From an uncultured virus (IMG/VR IMGVR_UViG_3300006114_000006) (Duplodnaviria > Heunggongvirae > Uroviricota > Caudoviricetes), in the IMG/VR virus record IMGVR_UViG_3300006114_000006: 64,000 nt of DNA; one strand, written 5' to 3'. How positions within the stretch are numbered: position 1 is the first letter of the stretch; every line of letters begins with the position of its first letter. The notes beneath the pieces are model-generated. The model worked only from the letters and a program-made list of their open reading frames with translations, was not told where the DNA came from and made no database searches. Positions 58,901-64,000 of this stretch are shown one piece after another. Made by a program: the position numbers and the translations under genes.

Positions 58901-61900
58901 ACGTTGACTCCAACTACTTGTCCTAAACTTGTTCCAGTACCAATCACTGCTGTCAACTGAGCACCAGATCCGCCAAATCCACCTAGTGTTACTGTTGCGG
59001 CAGCACTTTGACCTCCACCGTAAACAACGTTTGTAAATGCAGAAGCTGTTAATGCACCACCTGGAGTCCATGTTTTACCGTTAGTGCTAATTGCAGTCGA
59101 TGTACTACCATTGGCAATTGCTACATAATTTCCAGCACCGTATGTAATACTTGACCAGATTGCTGTAGCTGGTAATGTTCTTGCTGTTGCGGCATAACCT
59201 GGACCTGTGAATGAAACATAAGGTTCAATAATATATGCTGTAGTTAAATCTAATGTGTTAACTATAGGAGTACCTGGTACAACATGATCCCAACCAGCGG
59301 CATATAAGCTGACTGTTTGTCCACTAGTTGCTGTTAAACCAGTAATTGCAGAACCGCCTGATGTTAATGCTAGTGTAAACTGAGTTGTACTTGAAATAGC
59401 CTGTACATAATAAACTTGATATGCAGTCAAATTCATATTAGTAGCGGTTGTACTCAAGTAAATTGGCATACCAACATATAATGTTGCAGTACTTGCCACA
59501 GTTAATGCAGTAGTACTTGAACTGGTAACAGTTAAGGTTGCAAATGTTGTACGAATAATTTGTGCAATTTTACTACCGTTAGTATAAGTTAGTATTGACG
59601 CATATTGTCCAACACCTGTACCAGCAGTAATTTGTACTTTCATTCCGTTATATGAACCAGTCAATGCTACGTCGGCTGCCGCAATAGTAATATAACCTAC
59701 TGCACCGCCTTGGCCTACGTTAACAGAACTTACATAACTTGAACCGCCAACACCTAAACCATTGTTTAAGTCAATTAAACGTGATTCAAATACACCAGCA
59801 TCACGGAACTCATCTGCAAAAGAAAGAATGTTATAACCTGATCCACTAATTGTTGGTATAGCATTGGTGTAGTTTGTACCTGCATTTTCGTATTCTAAAC
59901 GTAAAATTTGTGTTGTACTATCTGTAACCACGTTAGTAACTTGAGGTCCGTAACTTCTGTTATTTACAGTACCGTAAATTGGAGTTTCAAATGTGTCAAC
60001 ACCTTCGGCAACTACACCGTATGTACCATATGAACTGTTACCGTTAGTAGCACGAATGCGTCCTCCTAATTCACTCATGTATCCAGCGTAGCTGTAGTAG
60101 TTAAACACTGAAACAAGTTCTGATAATGAACCTGTTCCAGTTGTCCACCAACCGATACCATCGCCGATAACACAAGTATAGTCGTTTGCAACCATTGATT
60201 TGTATCCACCGGCATGCAATGCACCGTCAACTTTGGCGCCAACGCAAGCGTAACCGAACATTGTACAATTTTGTACGAATGTTGAACGTGCATAGACCCA
60301 TGCATTTTGATCGTTTGGTCCAAAGCCTGGATCTAAACTTGCATACGCACCTGCTGTTGGTCGACGTGTTCCATAAGCATTTGCTGTACTTAAAACACCA
60401 GTCAATCCGTTCATAGTTTGATTACGAATACCACATGCATTTCTTACTAGATAGAAGTTTTGTGTTGTAGATCCTGCCACCGCGTTAACATAAAGTTCTG
60501 CGGCACGCATTGATTTCCAGTTACCTGTATAATTAATATCATAAATCAACGCATTGATAAAGTTTGTTGTATCGCGTACACACTTAGCATAGTTATAGTA
60601 GTAGCCTACAGTTAAACTTCCTAACGAACCTGTTGCTAATGTAAATGTTGTTTGTGTACCTGTGCCATATTGAGTTGCACTGATAGTAAATGTTGTTGAG
60701 CTTGGCACAGTTAAAACATAATAAGTAGTACCAGCAACAATATTGCTTGAACCAACAGTACCAGTAAACACTACTGGGTCATTTACTAATAAATTATGTG
60801 CGCCACTTGTATTAACAACACTACCAGATGTTATACTGGATACTGTACCGCCGTAACTTGCTACTGTATAAGCAGATGCTTCTGCGGCCAGGAATGGAAT
60901 GTTAGCACGAAGAATTTCTGTGCCTTGAATTGTTAGAACGTTATCATTGTAAGTTAATGAACCATTAATCATTGGATTATTTAAATATGGCCATGTCACT
61001 GTTGCTCCAGCAGTGGTTGTAGCTGACATACCAGTTACTGTATTAGTAATTGTGTATGCTGTACCACTCTTAAAGCTGTTGGTCAATGTTAATGTTGCGG
61101 CAGGAACTGTTACAGTAATACCAGTAATTGTTCCACCTGATGTTGTTGATGTTACAGCACTTCCGCCTAATGTTGCTGACAATTGGAAAGCTGTTGATGT
61201 TGGATTACCAATAATATAATATGTTGCACCACTAGTATAACCAGTGATACTACCAGCTGAGAACGTACCAGTAATAACAACTGGCTGTCCTACTGTTAAT
61301 GTTACTGAACTTGTTGCACAACTGAATACACCTGTTGTACTAGTAATTGCCAATGTGCTTAATGTTGCGGCAGATTGCAATGAATTAATCCAGTATGTAG
61401 TATTATTCCATAGTCCGCCTGCGTTATTGAATGCCATTGTCATTGTACCAGTTGCTGATATCAATGCCACATTACCGCCACCAAATGTTAAACTAACAGT
61501 AATTGTACCGTTAGTTCCAGGTGTTGGGATACTTGCAATATAGTATAACTGGCTTGGAACAATATTACCAAATACTGTACCTGTGAAGTACACTTGCTGT
61601 CCAACTGATAAGCCTGTTGTAGTTGCAACTGTAATTAAATTGCTGGTTGTTGTAGTAGCTGTTGCTGTTACAGAACCTAAAGCTGGTAAACCTGAGAATG
61701 TAATTGGCATGTTAGTTGGCATACCTGCTGTACTTCCAAGTGTTACAATATTGCTAGATGTTTGTACACCAGCTACTGTAGTTGAATAACTACTTGATAC
61801 AAATCCTAATGACAATGTTAAACCTTGTCCTGAACTTGTAGTTGTTGTTGCTTGTGCGGCACTGTATAAACTTGTGTTGTTCCAGTTACCACCAGATGTT

Positions 61901-64000
61901 ACTGTTACAGATGCGATAGTATTATAGTATGTACCAATAGTTACTACGCCAACTGCTCCAGTAACTGTACCACCTGTAAATGAACCAGGTGTTCCCGCCA
62001 CTGCATTTGCATAACTGCTAGATAAACTTACAGTAAAACTGTTGTTTACACCAGTTGTTACATAATATGTGCCTGCTGACATACCGCCTGCGGCTGCCGC
62101 AAGAGTAACAGATGTACCTTTAACTAATGTTTGAGCACTACTAAATGTTGCTAAACCACCAGCAGTAATGTATGTGATAGTTTGTCCAGTAGTTGCTGGA
62201 GTCAACGATACTGAGAATGTAGCTGTACCGCCCGATGTTGTTACAGTAATTACGTCTGCTGTACCATAGGCAATAGTCTGTGTACCTGCAAGAATTGCTG
62301 AACCAACAGTATTAAACGCTACTTGTCCATTGATCTTAGTTACGATATCATCAATCAATGTTTGTGCTTGAACTGTCGAACCTGCACTTGCAATTTGTTT
62401 TGCTTTAAATCCAATAAATGTTATTGCACCGGTTGTTGCATTCAATTCTTGGTTTGTATTTGCCACTAATGCCAACGCACTTGCGTTTAAACGATTAAAT
62501 GCACGACCGCATGCAATACTATTAAAGTTAGTACCAAATAAAACATCCCAAGCTAATGCCAATGCAATATAACCAGCATCGCGTTGAGTTAATGATTGAC
62601 TGATTGGATATGCTTGATAATATTTTTGAACCCAAACTTGAGCATCGCTTGCAATTTCGGTTTGTCTTGCAATTAAATTATTATATGCTGTTTGTAAGTA
62701 TTGATTGGTTACTAAGGCATACGCACCGCTTGTTACTGGTGTGAATGTTGACAATGCTGTAAATGTTGTACCAGTATTGCCACTAGTACTCAACGTATAA
62801 GTACCTGCACCGTTAGCTGGATAGAATAAGTATGCACCTGTACCGCCAGTTGACGTAAAGTTTTGTGGAGCACCAAACGCATTAACTACGGTAATACTTG
62901 TTCCGCTAATATATGATGAGCTAACATAAGATCCAGCTGGAAGGTTAGTACCTGTAATTAATTGTCCTGCCGCAATACCTGTTGCACTTGAAACCACAAA
63001 TGTATTAGTACCAGCTGATCCTCCGCTGGCTAATGTTGTAGCCGCTGTTGCACTTGCAGAACTTGTTAATTGATTAACAATATATGTACCTGCCACAACA
63101 CCTGTACCAGTTAACATAGAACCAATATAAATTCCATTACCTGTTCCTGAAGTAACAGTTAAAGTTGTACCACTCACACTACCGACTAGTGTTAATGTAG
63201 TTGCATTACTTGTAGCATTTTGTAACCAGTAAATTACATCACCAACGCGGCCTGCGGCAAAACTTGCGGCTGCGGCTGAACCTGCTGAACCGCCAGTTGA
63301 CTGCGTTACAGAGTTACCGCTTGTTGCTGTTACACTTGTACCTGTAACTATCTGACTGATAATTGCTTGTAAACGTTGTAGTGCTCCAACAGTTGCGGCA
63401 TTGTATGATGCTAAGATTTGTGGAATTTGTAAACTGTAATAAGAGCTACCATTAATAATACTTTGATTATTACAACCATAAGTCATATCGTACTGTAGGC
63501 CATCTAATACGAAACCGATATCACGTAATGTTTCTGTTTGGTTTGTACCGCCAAATGTTGTCCACACGCTACTATAATATGTATTTAGATATGCGGCAAT
63601 TTCTGCTTTGATAAACAAATAGTTATTTTGAATCTGTGTTATACCGTATCCAAATCCTACTAGATAACTTGTATTGTATCCAGTTAATTGTGGGATAGTG
63701 ATTGCAGGAGTCTTTGGAAGACCGTTATAAATCATATCATTAATTAAACTAACACTTGTGTTAATTTGATTAACTACGGTTGTGCTTCCTACATCGCCTG
63801 CTGGTAATCCAGTAGCTTGGCCACTTACAACTCCGCCACTTACATAAGATGCAGAAGTAGTGGAAGTATAACTCACACTATTAGTTGTTACAGCAGTTAC
63901 AATGTAACTTCCGTTATAACCAGAAGGGTTTACACTAGTTACAGTAATATATTGATTTACGTTAAATGGTGCAGATGTCTGTGATGCAAAAGTTAATGTT
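52960..64000 (-). CDS. Giant virion structural protein (over 3,670 aa, 5'-truncated by window edge)
   Basis: Frame is open to 63999 (TLTFASQT...); repeated beta modules, Asp-box-like S.(N/D)G.TW repeats, KCVRD, G.GYT..P motifs, C-terminal HDFL.VG. Confidence 0.85.
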   Translation of the reverse strand, partial: TLTFASQTSAPFNVNQYITVTSVNPSGYNGSYIVTAVTTNSVSYTSTTSASYVSGGVVSGQATGLPAGDVGSTTVVNQINTSVSLINDMIYNGLPKTPAITIPQLTGYNTSYLVGFGYGITQIQNNYLFIKAEIAAYLNTYYSSVWTTFGGTNQTETLRDIGFVLDGLQYDMTYGCNNQSIINGSSYYSLQIPQILASYNAATVGALQRLQAIISQIVTGTSVTATSGNSVTQSTGGSAGSAAAASFAAGRVGDVIYWLQNATSNATTLTLVGSVSGTTLTVTSGTGNGIYIGSMLTGTGVVAGTYIVNQLTSSASATAATTLASGGSAGTNTFVVSSATGIAAGQLITGTNLPAGSYVSSSYISGTSITVVNAFGAPQNFTSTGGTGAYLFYPANGAGTYTLSTSGNTGTTFTALSTFTPVTSGAYALVTNQYLQTAYNNLIARQTEIASDAQVWVQKYYQAYPISQSLTQRDAGYIALALAWDVLFGTNFNSIACGRAFNRLNASALALVANTNQELNATTGAITFIGFKAKQIASAGSTVQAQTLIDDIVTKINGQVAFNTVGSAILAGTQTIAYGTADVITVTTSGGTATFSVSLTPATTGQTITYITAGGLATFSSAQTLVKGTSVTLAAAAGGMSAGTYYVTTGVNNSFTVSLSSSYANAVAGTPGSFTGGTVTGAVGVVTIGTYYNTIASVTVTSGGNWNNTSLYSAAQATTTTSSGQGLTLSLGFVSSSYSTTVAGVQTSSNIVTLGSTAGMPTNMPITFSGLPALGSVTATATTTTSNLITVATTTGLSVGQQVYFTGTVFGNIVPSQLYYIASIPTPGTNGTITVSLTFGGGNVALISATGTMTMAFNNAGGLWNNTTYWINSLQSAATLSTLAITSTTGVFSCATSSVTLTVGQPVVITGTFSAGSITGYTSGATYYIIGNPTSTAFQLSATLGGSAVTSTTSGGTITGITVTVPAATLTLTNSFKSGTAYTITNTVTGMSATTTAGATVTWPYLNNPMINGSLTYNDNVLTIQGTEILRANIPFLAAEASAYTVASYGGTVSSITSGSVVNTSGAHNLLVNDPVVFTGTVGSSNIVAGTTYYVLTVPSSTTFTISATQYGTGTQTTFTLATGSLGSLTVGYYYNYAKCVRDTTNFINALIYDINYTGNWKSMRAAELYVNAVAGSTTQNFYLVRNACGIRNQTMNGLTGVLSTANAYGTRRPTAGAYASLDPGFGPNDQNAWVYARSTFVQNCTMFGYACVGAKVDGALHAGGYKSMVANDYTCVIGDGIGWWTTGTGSLSELVSVFNYYSYAGYMSELGGRIRATNGNSSYGTYGVVAEGVDTFETPIYGTVNNRSYGPQVTNVVTDSTTQILRLEYENAGTNYTNAIPTISGSGYNILSFADEFRDAGVFESRLIDLNNGLGVGGSSYVSSVNVGQGGAVGYITIAAADVALTGSYNGMKVQITAGTGVGQYASILTYTNGSKIAQIIRTTFATLTVTSSSTTALTVASTATLYVGMPIYLSTTATNMNLTAYQVYYVQAISSTTQFTLALTSGGSAITGLTATSGQTVSLYAAGWDHVVPGTPIVNTLDLTTAYIIEPYVSFTGPGYAATARTLPATAIWSSITYGAGNYVAIANGSTSTAISTNGKTWTPGGALTASAFTNVVYGGGQSAAATVTLGGFGGSGAQLTAVIGTGTSLGQVVGVNVINGGYNYNTAPSLLFTGGGGTGAQGTAVVLNGVIQSVIITVNGSGYTSAPTVTVVTSAITAITPITWGKNYFNSGNVSVTISAPFSGTVWSGSSSATSGSYYYYYSGATQATNYYLATSSGTFSSTAPTFTTGTGSAGTYGVSLTFVGTAATATPTLTDYGVSSYTITNIGYGYTATPTITILDTSAKFVAISTTTTATAYSTVANLGSSWTSGNALPSAGFNSLTYGNGIYVAVGYTGTTSNASAIITSSPDGVTWTGRTAPSGATQAFTSVAFGWTGPGSSATTTGMFVAIATNSTSTAYSTNGLTWTTGGALPSVANWSSVTYGNGRFVAVAAGSNIVAYSNNGGVTWYSSVANNGTYLPLAQNWGISYGEGQFFATATGPTPTMTATTSSGNLITLSSTAGLNVGNTIVPTAVTETTVASQTINATAIGLSTSFISNGIAGNAGTTLTAPVGLGPFALGMYLTGSNVTSGTYITGSNTFNSTSSTIAGSILTIGGTVTGTGTTSAYSVQPGMALTGAQFNTTSSYIWNTYYPSGVQTGVFVPAGTTTGVITTGSQLSGTNITTGATYIVSNPTTSGSTITGTASPSTVVTFNGSVSIVNGQGILTVSSTPSGVGIQPGYILSGTGVTAGTTIVAPYGSSTTPTSSTGQWIVSVATVVSSTALTGTPYVLTTTGTINNNTLIPGMVLASTGGTGTITAGTYITGQISTTSSAVGTGTGVSGTIGTTTLVISGSSTGFAVGQLITGGSLFYNTYVVAVSVATNTTITLSQPLYATIGGGTYNGYIPGTAGQYFISTTSLVTSVTVTGNAWVANTGSLVPSTTITGGLTAYIAYQNTSSASAVASPSWASGGTIGASSFVVNTGTGIVAGQLIIGTGIPSGTVVASSYVPGSTTVPLAVGVAGGAAATIAGSNATGTYNFYTAGGTGTYTLNTSALTISSAQTIGGQSWTITPSQTAAAGAITGTQNTITVGNTAGMSVGEPIVFTSNIVSTTLTTTAATGNLLTVGTTVGMAVGAPVVFTAVTQTGNITSTSSTGNTITLNSTTGLVQGETIVFTAVSQTTTLTATTNGSFTLSSSSITNSILTVGTLSAGTITPGAVISGGSIPAGTYIISNISGSGNGSTWNVSTSSGFTQTSTSITGTLNIITVNSNSGMLIGETFTVATNVGNLISGNTYYITKTISTNQLAVGTVYGATSDLTLVTTTGQSVSVTAGATLGGGNLTASTTFYITSVAGSNITISTVYNGSSVTIANGTGVWTFVAGAAFGSITSGTTYYVTSIPTPGVNGTITVSTTYGGSNLTVTNGNGSWSVTEGATFGGLTSGSTYFITEIVGSTLISVSTIYGGTNAVVTNAGGSWTAQAGSLFGNLISGNTYYIASIAGNQITVSASSTLSPVITLVNDTGAWTSTIGTNIAATSWDGINWTQQTLPTYASWITPSFGNPLVTTTGYTPLWVTASNQSGTVAASIHTGATPLARTKVASGALTEIRMIEPGSGFAKGVVTGTTYVAGTTVTVTAVSGNSITIGATNLTIGQPITFATGFGNVVANTTYYVQVTSSGTTLTISSTYYGSPFNAGTASSISVAGTVGPLNLITVDQTENMYNLQPIEFNTVSSGGLSTQTTYYVIGSTIQSTTFQVATSSALATIGTSVTLTTSTPTGMQYTTGPTLTITDPNQVNKAPTRVRTGDGVLGNPSFPCRGAGNATATASITGDGYADIYQNTAFINVANLYALPAAGANVQFSSISNAWYKLVATSNQLGQAGNYTATFQVSPSLTTYLAPPNGALITTRLKYSQTRLTGHDFLYVGSGNQTQTNYPNVTDANAIQANQTYPNIGGRVFFTSTDQDGNFNVGNLFGVQQATGTATLNANAFNLAGLQSLTLGSVSLGVNSATITQFSTDPYFTANSDNILPTQKAIKSYITAQIGGGSSSLNVNTLTAGQIYIAGNTISNLNGNQIYVSSKMLFTGGIDGAPVATVFFLSR

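Noticed and set aside
3397..61789. Many short plus-strand ORFs rich in V/P/A/L opposite the large structural genes
   Set aside because: Antisense shadows of Thr/Gly/Ser-rich codons; no RBS or motifs
1..64000. Stop-codon reassignment
   Set aside because: Core genes are full length and tightly packed under the standard code

Overview
The window is a 64-kb slice of a large, AT-rich T4-like (myovirus) phage genome read with the standard genetic code; almost all genes are on the minus strand. It holds a replication/recombination block (gp41-like helicase, gp61-like primase, UvsW, UvsY, UvsX, gp32 SSB, probable clamp-loader small subunit, a miniature DnaE-like protein). It also holds a head/packaging block (TerL, probable TerS, gp4, putative internal head proteins), a tail/neck block (tube, sheath, gp13/14/15) and several very large Thr/Gly/Ser-rich fibre/baseplate proteins, one running off the right edge. 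Accessory enzymes are a NodU/CmcH-type carbamoyltransferase, three 2OG-Fe(II) oxygenases, a NUDIX hydrolase, a dNMP kinase and a tryptophan-halogenase-like flavoprotein. The most striking element is a tightly coupled cassette right after an S74-chaperone tail fibre: a 133-aa protein with 21 Cys in its last 71 residues (mostly Asn-Cys repeats), a radical SAM/SPASM enzyme, an Ig-like accessory protein and the halogenase-like gene. It looks like a RiPP-type maturation system acting on a possibly virion-displayed tail-tip protein. Other notable signals are a three-hairpin element with two identical loops at 214-341, many TAAATA late promoters only 4-5 nt upstream of ATG (leaderless mRNAs), and a GGTCA/A-tract cluster between uvsY and uvsW. 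All family calls come from motif recognition by eye; no searches were run.
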